DNA of 64,000 nt from Antedon mediterranea (lineage: Eukaryota; Animalia; Echinodermata). This document shows, one piece after another, positions 12,294-24,200 of this stretch (the stretch's first letter is position 1; every line of letters begins with the position of its first letter). The position numbers were made by a program, and so were the translations under genes. Location of the stretch: positions 11,036,001-11,100,000 of the forward strand of contig NC_092672.1 of NCBI RefSeq assembly GCF_964355755.1, written 5' to 3'. The notes under the pieces are model-generated. The model was not told the DNA's origin, made no database searches, and worked only from the letters and a program-made list of their open reading frames with translations.

Positions 12294-15200
12294 TTATTCT
12301 TTATTTTCTTCCTGCTAAAAATGTAAAACAATTAAAATGTGAGAAACGAAAGGAGGTAAAAGAAAAAAATACAGTTTTTGAGACCCCACAAAGTGTTCCC
12401 TTAATAGTGGTTGGCCCGGTAGTGTTAAAAACATTTTTTTCTTATTCATTTCATAGGAGTCTCCACGAAAATCAAAGTGACAGCCATTGGGTGAACTTCA
12501 AATTCTGTTTTAGTATTCCTTGACTTGTGATCAAAACCTACATCCACAAAAAACATGTCTATATATGCTATAGAAGCTGAGATACAAGCACAAATCTATA
12601 TTTTGGGTGAAATTCAAAATTGTCTATTTGGATTCTTTGACCCTCAAAACGTACACTTTGCCACCAAAATCATTTCCATACATGATGTAGAAGCGGGGAT
12701 ATGAGAAAAACCTGTATTTTATGGAGGCCATTTTGAAAATACAAAATGCCGGCTTTCCCCAGGCCATTTAAGCTGGAAATTTTGTTGGTGGATATATAGA
12801 TGCCATACGACACACATCAATTGAGAAACAGTTGTTTCTAATATGTGTTACTTACCTCTTGTCCTGCATCAAAATCTGCATCTTCTCTTTCACGATACTA
12901 AAAAAAAACAATTGGTTTTATTGTAGCTTTAATAACTACTAAGGTCGTCCTATTAATGGCAAACTTGTATGTGTACTGTTTGTATGCATACCTCAGGTTT
13001 TACGTATATGATATTAATTAGTAGAACATATATAAACTAAATAAATAACTTATAGTTATTGAAGTGCAAGGTGTGGGTAATAGGTTGCCATCATTTTAAA
13101 TGCGACTAGAACTGCGGAACTCTAAAGGCCAATTTACATAGATTAGCGGTAAGGGTAAGCAGAAAACAAAAATAGAGTATCCAAATTACTTCTTATGACT
13201 ATTTACACAAAACTTGAAGCGGTTTAACGGAAACCACTCAGGATAGATACAGATTCTATGTGGGATAAAGCTACGGTTTTCTGCTTACTGTTACTGCTCA
13301 TCTGTGTAAGTTGGCCTTACGGCAGAGATGAGGCTGCACAGGATGGTGCAGTAGTTTCAATTTCAATTCTAAGATCATTAAAAACACTGCACTTCTAAGA
13401 TATTGAATTCGCCATGTCAGTGACTTTTAACAAGTTGTAACATACATTGACTTAGTAAATGTTTTCACACATGTCGCAAACCTTGTGAAATCTCGGAAGT
13501 AGTATTGACATTCTATTTTTTAAAAAAATGAACGACGAGAAAAGGAAATTTTAAGTGTCACGTTCCGATATTTTTAAACAGGTGTACTGTGATTGGTCAG
13601 TTAAATACCAGGACAAACACACATGCACAATATGAACTCAGGACAAAGAACAAGCCTGGTGTGTTTTTATCAATTTTCACAAAATTGCTTTCACACTACA
13701 TGAAGCTGGTTACAACTTTTTACAAGTTGTTACTTTTTGTAGATGTGAAAATGGTATAAAGCCAATATTAACAATCATTTAAGTAAAAATGGATTACAAA
13801 TATATCACAGTAGTACAATCATTTTCTCACCTCTTTATTATTTGCATCATCTGGATCTTCAACTGCAAAAAAAAAAGTTATTTTATAATATTATAATAAA
13901 TAAATAATAAATAATAAAACTAATAATATTAATACACTAAAAAGGATATATAGATAATACTGATAAGATGATGGTTGGTTTTGGTGTTGAGGTTTATGAG
14001 TGAATGGAGTTTTAACTTAATGGATAAGATGCTCAGCTACCGATCTCATGGTACTGGGTTTAAATCCTGTCTAAAAACAACTGTACTCCTAAAGATTTAA
14101 GATTTGTTTATTTAGAGCATCTTGTGTATGTTTGTCTTGTGAATAGGATTGCCACCTTTGACTGACAGTGACTATCATCGGTAATATGCCTAAATTTAGA
14201 AAACTAATGATGTCGTTGATGACAACTATTCTCAACACTATGATAATAGTGCTTAAAATAGATGGGTTTGCTGGTAATTATTATAATAAAAATAGAATGA
14301 CAACATTTAAGTTAAGTCCCATTGACACAAATGTTGGTACCAGCTACCCCGCATTGAATGCGTGACAATAAATAAGTCATACGTGGCAACTTGCAGAAAG
14401 CGAGACAATGTATGACACATGGGCACAAATTGTTAGAATAATTTGTAAACTGTGCGCAAGTATCTGTGCAATGGTCGCAGTTGTGTCATTGCTGGGAAAT
14501 GTCATGAAGTTCAAAAATAATTTATGATCATAATTTGCGCACTGACTGCGCATACGTCACAGTTGGTTTCTGAATGATACAAACATTGGTTGCCCATGCA
14601 GATCATGTGACCTAGCGTGACATTTGTGACATATGCATGAAAATAATGTGGTGCCATCACATGACTTGCAATGTCGTGCATAGAATGCTGAACAGTGCAG
14701 ACCAAAATGTCAACTGGCCATTTCAAGTTACAATAGTGATGGTGTTGATAACATGCAGGTGATAATGACAATGTTGATAGCAATTGTTTTACTGATGACA
14801 TACGGTACATCATTGTAGTGATGATAATGATGTGGTTTTTAATATGGCACCTACGGTATGAAGGACGAGGTTCTGATGGTAGGAAACACTACTATGATGA
14901 TAGAAATAGTGATGCTAATATTCAACCTATGAAGGAGATAAGACTGTTGATGATGTTGATATCATTTGTTCTGATGGTAGGCGTAACACTGCTATGATAG
15001 AAATAGTGATGCTAATATGCCACCTATGAAGGAGATGAGACTGTTGATGATGTTGATATCATTTGTTCTAATGGTAGGCGTAACACTGCTATGATGATGG
15101 AAATAGTGATGCTAATATGCCACCTATGAAGGAGATTAGACTGTTGATGATGTTGATATCATTTGTTCTGATGGTAGGTAACACTACTATGATGATAGAA

Positions 15201-18200
15201 ATAGTGATGCTAATATGCCACCTATGAAGGAGATGAGACTGTTGATGATGTTGATATCATTTGTTCTGATGGTAGGTAACACTACTATGATGATAGAAAT
15301 AGTGATGCTAATATGCCACCTATGAAGGAGATGAGACTGTTGATGATGTTGATATCATTTGTTCTGATGGTAGATGTAACACTACTATGATGATGGAAAT
15401 AGTGATGCTAATATGCCACCTATGAAGGAGATGAGACTGTTGATGATGTTGATATCATTTGTTCTGATGGTAGATGTAACACTACTATGATGATAGAAAT
15501 AGTGATGCTAATATGCCACCTATGAAGGAGACGAGACTGTTGATGATGTTGATATCATTTGTTCTGATGGTAGGTGTAACACTATACTATGATGATGGAA
15601 ATAGTGATGCTAATAATGCCACCTATGAAGGAGATGAGACTGTTGATGATGTTGATATCATTTGTTCTGATGGTAGGTGTAACACTACTATGATGATAGA
15701 AATAGTGATGCTAATATGCCACCTATGAAGGAGATGAGACTGTTGATGATGTTGATATCATTTGTTCTGATGGTAGGTGTAACACTACTATGATGATAGA
15801 AATAGTGATGCTAATATTCCACCTATGAAGGAGATGAGACTGTTGATGATGTTGATATCATTTGTTCTGATGGTAGGTGTAACACTACTATGATGATGGA
15901 AATAGTGATGCTAATATGCCACCTATGAAGGAGATGAGACTGTTGATGATGTTGATATCATTTGTTCTGATGGTAGGTGTAACACTACTATGATGATAGA
16001 AATAGTGATGCTAATATTCCACCTATGAAGGAGATGAGACTGTTGATGATGTTGATATCATTTGTTCTGATGGTAGGTAACACTACTATGATGATAGAAA
16101 TAGTGATGCTAATATGCCACCTATGAAGGAGATGAGACTGTTGATGATGTTGATATCATTTGTTCTGATGGTAGGTGTAACACTATGATGATAGAAATAG
16201 TGATGCTAATATTCCACCTATGAAGGAGATGAGACTGTTGATGATGTTGATATCATTTGTTCTGATGGTAGGTAACACTACTATGATGATAGAAATAGTG
16301 ATGCTAATATGCCACCTATGAAGGAGATGAGACTGTTGATGATGTTGATATCATTTGTTCTGATGGTAGATGTAACACTGCTATGATGGAAATAGTGATG
16401 CTAATATGCCACCTATGAAGGAGATGAGACTGTTGATGATGTTGATATCATTTGTTCTGATGGTAGGTGTAACACTGCTATGATGGAAATAGTGATGCTA
16501 ATATGCCACCTATGAAGGAGATGAGACTGTTGATGATGTTGATATCATTTGTTCTGATGGTAGGTGTAACACTGCTATGATGGAAATAGTGATGCTAATA
16601 TGCCACCTATGAAGGAGATGAGACTGTTGATGATGTTGATATCATTTGTTCTGATGGTAGGTGTAACACTGCTATGATGATAGAAATAGTGATGCTAATA
16701 TGCCACCAATGAAGGAGATGAGACTGTTGATGATGTTGATATCATTTATTCTGATGGTAGGTGTAACACTGCTATGATGATAGAAATAGTGATGCTAATA
16801 TGCCCCCTATGAAGGAGATGAGACTGTTGATGATGTTGATATCATTTGTTCTGATGGTAGGTGTAACACTGCTATGATGGAAATAGTGATGCTAATATGC
16901 CACCTATGAAGGAGATGAGACTGTTGATGATGTTGATATCATTTAATAATACATTAAATTATCAAAAAACAAGTACTAAAAGGGACATAATAAAATAAAT
17001 AGTATGTATAGCAGATTAGTTCATCCACAAGCATTAAGAATAAGATAGGGAGTGATGCCTGGATCCTACTGTCTAGCATAACCAACACTTATTATTTAAT
17101 ACATTAGAGAGGTTTCGCAACGTTACGAATACGATAACCTAAGCCAGTAAAAATCTGTTTCGCATGGCAACAAAATATTGAGGGTGCCATCCAAAATATG
17201 ACTGTGGTAAATCTGAACGAAGTGTGCAGGTAGGCCTACGTGTGTTGCTTGGCTGCCTAGAACTAGCTTAACATCAAAGCGAGTGAGGACTTGAAAAACT
17301 TTTAGTAAATTACTTTCAATAAATCTATAATTATATTATAATCATGAATCATTCCTGATTCGAATGCAAAATTTGCAAAATAGATCAAAAACTATACTCA
17401 TTTTGTAGATACGAACATGAAATGGGGATTAGCTAAAAAAAAATCAGTTTTCGTTATCGTATTTGTAAGTTTGCGAAACCTCCCTCAAAAGAATGCCAAA
17501 ATAAAATGTTGTAAATGCATTGAACCAATGAAAAAAGGTAAGTTGTATGAACATACAAATACTATATGTCCTGTAAACAATAATTAGTTTTAAAGACAAT
17601 ACTATTATTACCCAATACCACTACTGTTGACTAAAGATGCAACTGATTTTTTAAAGAACTAACATTTTTAATGTAAAATTACAAATATCCGAAAATAATA
17701 TTTACCAAGTTTAAATATGCCATCAAAAAATCAAAATATATTATATACAATTATGTAAATCTGTTTAAAAACTGTGCAGTATATGAATAAAATGAAATAA
17801 ACTAAAACTTACCATGTACTTGTACATCTTGGTTATGCCCTAATGCTTTCATAGTTTAACCAACCGATCAAATAAACTTAAACTTACCAGTTACTTGAAC
17901 TCTGACATCTTGGTTATGCCCTAATGCTTTTATAGTTCAAGCCACCAATCAAATAAATTTAAACTTACCAGTTACTTGAACTCTGACATCTTGGTTATGC
18001 CCTAATGCTTTTATAGTTCAACCTACCAATCAAATAATCAAAAACTTACCAGGTACTTGAGCTTGTACATCTTGGTTTTCTTCATTTTCTTCCTTATCCT
18101 AAAATAAAATAAACAAATAATTAAAAATTAATTTAGCTTTGCTTCAGGAATTATATAGTAGCTCGAGAAAAACATCATTTCCTCATGGATGTCAAATCTT

Positions 18201-21200
18201 ATATTTCACCTCTAAGCAGGCAATATTTGTATAATACTTACTGCTTGTCGTTGACGTTCGTATGCATCATCAGCCTGGTTATTATGTTCCTCAGCTTCGA
18301 ACATTTCTGTAAAATAAATAATAATAATACATTAAATTAATGAAAATCTATTAATACGAACAATGTACCCAGGCCAGCTAATGTTATACACTTTCATCTT
18401 TCACCTCATGAAATTATTTGCCCCATCGCACTCATAAACATTCATTATTCATTTTGTATACTAGATGGTACGCGAGCGAGCGTAACAAAACTGGCGATTT
18501 CAAATGTACGTACCGCAGGACTATAATACATTGTCGTTTACAGAAACGAATAATAGACACGATGATTTATGTAGTCAATTAAAATTAGCACCCTGGGAAT
18601 TACTTCCGAAGGAGAAACTTATCACAAAATGAGTCCAAATTTTTTATTTGGACTCATTTAAAGAAACCCAATTTGTGTTTTGTATGTAACATTAGGGTTG
18701 AGGGATGGGAAAGCGGATAGGTACAAAGAGGAACAATTTTTAAATATATTCTTTATCCACTCAGTAACGAAATATTTTGTTCATGTTTTATAGGCCTATC
18801 AATAATATACCTCTAAATACAGTAAAACATTTGCGATTTAATACTTTGTTAAAACTGTCACTGTCATAATCGATTGAAATATTAAAGTACATGTCACGAT
18901 ACACCCCTACGACGTTTATATTATTGGTAATTATTAATTAATACAAACGTTGAGAAGGAACTGTGTTTATATATCTAACAGTAGGGCCTAACCACAATCT
19001 CAGTAATAAAGTTTATTTGTATATATTTTTATATTACATCTAACAGTACGAACATTCACAGTAAGAAATGTTCGATTCAAATGAGGACCAAAAATAGTTA
19101 ATAGGTATTTACAGTATTATTTACGTTTATTCTCAAAGGGCCCATATATTTACCTACCGTATGTGCTAAACCAAGGGCTCATAAATTCACCTACTTGTGT
19201 TAAACCAAACTCTGGGATGTTCCATTCATCGCAAATCAATACATTTGTATAATCGTATATTAAATCTATCAAAATAGTATTTTTTTAAGAAAATCGGCCT
19301 GTCTTCAACATTATGATGCTGTACTCTAGCTATTCAACCAGTTTTCAGCTATTAAAAACAATTATCATAGGAGGAGATAGGAAAATGCGAAGCCTCCTCG
19401 CATTTTTGTGGCGGGTATTTTTCAAGATGGACATCCATTAGACAGTGTATACCACGATCGGAAAACACCCCTATTTGGGGAAAATCGTTGAACCTAAATT
19501 CGTTTTAATCGTCAATAATTATTTATCTAATTAACTTAATTTAATTAGTAAGCAGGGTTACATCAGGTGGTTAAAATCAGTACCGAAAGTACGAACCAAC
19601 TTTATATACCATCAAGTAAAAATTCTAGAAGTAAGGCGCGATTTACCGAATTTTGCTCTTACGTAAATTTATATATAGATATACTCTCTCAGAATAGATA
19701 CTTTAAATTAACCATCATTTTAGACATTTGCATTGTTTTAGATTGTTTATAACATTTTTTCCTCCTTTTAATTGCGAGTCTCAAGTTTTAACTTTCTGTA
19801 TTGTAACATTGTTATGCAATCATGTATTGTATGTTGATTATGACCGAATAAATGAATGAATGAATGAAAACCCATCTAACTTGGTTGCTTTGCAATATTT
19901 GAACTACGACGATAGAATGGTCAGTTAAAACTGGATTAAGATGTTAAAATAATAAACCAGAAAGGGTACACAAAAACTTTAAAGTAGAATAGTATGTACA
20001 TGTTATCTCAATTTTGCATGGTAGAAATGCTGTGAAACCCTTACATGAACTAAATGAAACAATGTATGTTTCAACACTATGACATCTCATATTCAGTGGA
20101 CACTCCTATTCAGGGGACACTCCTATAAAGGAACCACTTGTTTGTCTCCCTAATACTGTATACACTATATATATATGTTGCGCGTGCGTACAACTGAGGA
20201 CTAGTGCTGTTCCGCCGTACCACGCCGAGAATGTTAAAGAGTCGTTATCCAATCGAGTTCGAACAATACCATGAAAGCCCCAGTGGTCTAATGGTTAGGA
20301 CATCTGCATATCAAGCAGGCGGTCCGAGTTTGAGTCTCGGTTGGGGCGACTTTTTCTCATTCTCACAGATTTCCTCATCTTTATCGTTTCAAATTAATTA
20401 ATTAAATTTCAGTATATCACCGGGCGGTTTAGAATTAATGTTCTTTGCCTCTTGTGTTTATATATATATATATATATAAACAAATCAGTATATGTGTGTA
20501 GGTTTTGACAAATGTCATAATTCATCATCCAGTTTTGGAATAGGTGAACTCTTTGCACCAACATATTTCACTTACCTTGTCTGCGTTGTTCTTGTTCTTG
20601 TAAGTGCCTTTCTCTTTGCTGTTGTAGTTTTTCATTGTAGTCCTCATCTTCTTCGTCGCCTTCGTTGTCCTCATCCTCATTGTCTTCTTCATCCCCTTGT
20701 TGTGGTTGAATGGCAACCTGTTGATCCGCTGCTTGTCTTTGATCTTCTCTTTGTCTAATCATAATAATTGTAAATGATTTATTTAAAGATTGTTTAAAAA
20801 AAAAATTTATTCCCAGGATTTTTTCAAAAAATGGCAAAAACTCTTAAAAGAAATTAGCAAGGACAAGATGTCCTGGATCTCTTACCTAGCTATAGCATTC
20901 TTATCGACAGGGTCATCGTCACTATTTTCCGCACCATTGCCACCATTCGCAGCTTTAGATTCACGTTCATCGCCTTCAACTCTTCCATTACCTTCGTCTT
21001 CCTACAAACACAAACAGACTTTCAGTCTTAAGAAAGATATTTAGACATACATTCATAAAAGTGTTTGTACTAGAGCTTGCAGTAGACTAGTGCCGTAGCC
21101 ACAAGAAAAAAAGTGGTGCGGTGGTTTCAAGAAAAAAAAACAATAAAAAAACAAGGCAATAGGTTTGTCAAAGGTCTCAAGACAGCAATGCATTTGTATG

Positions 21201-24200
21201 CAAACTTTAAATACAGTTAGCATGACCCTTCCTTGTCAGGAAACACTGTTATCAAGGGTACCCTCAACTCAACACCCCATCTTTAGGTAATATAAAAGTA
21301 GACGTACCTGTTGATAATTGTTAGGGTACATTTCTTGCAGTCTCCTATCTGCTTCTTCTGGATCTAAACCTTGTGCCAGCATTACTTGTCTAGCTCTTTC
21401 AGCTGCCATTAGCTTCTCGTCCCTTTCTCGCTCCCTCTGTCTTTTCTCATCTCGCTCACGTATTCTCGCTTCTCGTTCAGCAAGTTTTTTCCTGTATTCA
21501 TCAGCTTTCTGTCCGTCATTGATCTCATCCTCCTGCTGGTTCCCGTTTATTGCATTTGCATCTGGTTGTCTGACATTACCTTTGTCTTCATCCTCATCCC
21601 CATCTTCTTCATTTACATTTTCATCTACTTCTAACTCTTTTTGTTGACGTATATGTTCAAGACGTTGTTGTCTATAATCTTCATCTTGGTCTCCTTCATT
21701 CCCCTCCTCCTCCTCTTCTTCTTCTTCTGCCTCCTTCACAACCTTATTTTCATCATACTCATTTCCTTGTTGACCTTCCTCTGCAAGAACTCTTTGCTCT
21801 TCTCTTTCCCTCTGCAGCTCAAACTGTTGTTTTTCTTTTTCCTTTCTCACTCTCTCTCGTTCTTTCTCATCAACATCCATTTCTTCATCATTTTCCTTGT
21901 TCTTATACTTTCCTTCTTTTTTTTCACTCTCATCATTTTGTTCTTTTTCTTCTTTATCTGGAATTAGTTCTTGGTTTCCCAGGAAATGCTTTTCAATTCC
22001 TGGCAAAACTGGCACCTTTGCAGCTTCATTAGCTGCAGGTACAATTTGATTATCTGGTATTCTAAACTGTTGCTTCTGTCCTAAAGTATTCTTTTTAAAC
22101 TTTTCGTAATAAATCTTAAAGTCATTTCCATTTTCCTGTTTCTCTTGTTGTCCAAATTGTTGCTCTTGTTGTCCAAACTGCTGCACCTGTTGTCCAATTT
22201 GCTGCTTGTTTACGCCAAATTGATTTTGTTGTTTAATGGGGTCTTTTGGTAGTCCCTGTAATGGTATTCTTGAGTCTAGTGTTCCTGGTTTTTGCTCCAT
22301 ATGGCCCAATTGTTTATTTTGCAAAACCTGTTGCTGTTGACCTGCTAAATTTGGATTTGCTGGCTGAATTTGTTCAATTTGTTTCTATAAAACAATATCA
22401 TTTTAAAAATATAATGTTGATTTCTTGTGATGTAATCAGCAGTTATTGGGAATGATCACGTTGTAAAGTTGATGCTTATATGTATAATCTCTAGAAATTT
22501 AAGAAACCTTTGGGCAGCAACATCAATCAATGGCAAACAAATACTGTTTGAATAAGGTTCAAGTTCTTTTTCATGCACATTCACATTTTATACATTAATG
22601 GTCTGTCTACACCATCAAACTTAATGTGACAAACAAATGTGATGTGCTCAAATAAGGTTATGATATGAAGTCATTCTGTCCATATTGGGCACATCATATT
22701 TTTTGTCACATAAAGTTTGATTAAATTTAAATGAATTTCTTACCTTTAGGTTGATATTAAGTTCTGATAATTCTTGCATTTGATATTTCAGCTTATAATT
22801 CTCTTGCTGAAAAAAAGAAGAAACAATTAAGGTACTGTACCAATATTTATTAACTTAACCCGGCAAAACTACACACTACTGCACATTATAAATAACACAT
22901 TTAATTTTTCAAATGACATATTTAATGCAAAAATCAAAATTCAATCAAGATTTGCCAGTGGGTTGGAGAACTCAGCCCAACTGAACCATTAACTCAAACT
23001 AACACAAAAAAATGTTGACATACTCACAGTTGAGTTAAACATATGAAAAACTTTGAATTTAGTCGTGCATGAGGTACGAGTAATAGTTTTTAGCATTACT
23101 GCGATGAGAATCCTTTACATTTACATTAAAAAAAAAAAACAGTTTAAAATGTTTTTTTTACCTGTTGGGCAACAAGTTTATGTTCGTTGTCCATGTTTAG
23201 CTCAGCCACTCGATCCCTGTCATTCTTATGGTACTGAGCCTGAGCCTGGATCGCTTGTATTTGTTGATTGGCTTGACTGTTTATATTACGAACTCTGTCA
23301 TTGTCTTTTTGCAGCTCTTCAACGGTTTCTAAAGTGATAAAGGAAATGCAACAAACAAAATACATTTCTCCGCAAAACATTGACATTTTGTTTTTACAGA
23401 TACAGATTCATTTATTATCCAATATAAAAATGGAAATTACAGTGCTCGAAAATGCCTAAAATTAATAAATATAAGAGGGACTTTTTAACAAATGTTTTGT
23501 TAAAATGTCTTATCCCAGCTGGTAGAACGATTACTTTTACTGGTCTAGTTACTTACAGTAATACACAAAACAATAAGGCATTTTTGACTTTTGTACTTAA
23601 TAATTATATTAAGTACATTGAGAACCTCTAGACCACCGAGCTTATGCCAATGGTTAGCTTCAAGCCCAAGCAGCGGGTACTGCACCAAAAGGATGACATT
23701 TGTATTTAACTACTGTGGATTACCTGTAGTAATCAATTCTATAAGAACCTATAGTGGATTCATACAATATTACTAGTGATTGTATTATAGAAACTATAAG
23801 ACTCAATTTTGACCTATAGGATTTTAAAAGACAAACTCAGAATCATATTAAAGGATGTTATAAAATCCTATAGCCCAAAGCCAGAATCCTATGGGATTTT
23901 AAAAAACAAATTGAGAATCCTATAGGATTTTCAAGGACAAAAGAATCCAGAAGGAGGAACAAAATATCAAGGAAAATAGCGAGTGTTTGAATAAGTTTAT
24001 AACACACATATTATTTTGTTTGTAGCTAAATTGAAATAAACACTCTCAGAAAAGTGAATTAAAATATTCATAGAATTTACATATATTTGGTTAAACAGCT
24101 TAAAATCTTTCGACACAAAACCATCATCAGGCAAAAAAAGAAAAAAATATTGTGTTGGCCACGCCCGACCGACTCTAAACTGACGAAAATGAAGGTCAGC

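Noticed and set aside
15513-15728. ORFs inside tandem repeats (also 31105-31356, 35976-36161, 46125-46987, 57577-57870)
   Set aside because: By-products of repeat periodicity; frames break between units and there is no splice context.
14845-16943. Hammerhead-containing satellite (CTGATG and GAAA in each 100-bp unit)
   Set aside because: The core reads CTGATGG rather than CTGANGA, and no stems II/III form.
20277-20348. Functional tRNA-Asp gene
   Set aside because: ATC anticodon, A at position 32 and a mutated T-loop/B box; it is part of a repeated element, so it was kept only as a pseudogene.
21318-21967. Ser/Leu/Phe-rich + strand ORFs (also 20492-20758, 5843-6283, 54039-55109)
   Set aside because: Antisense shadows of real GOLIM4, LINE or SRCR coding sequence.
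24100-24131. Third hammerhead-like motif on the - strand (CTGATGA...CGAAA)
   Set aside because: No convincing stem II or cleavage triplet geometry.
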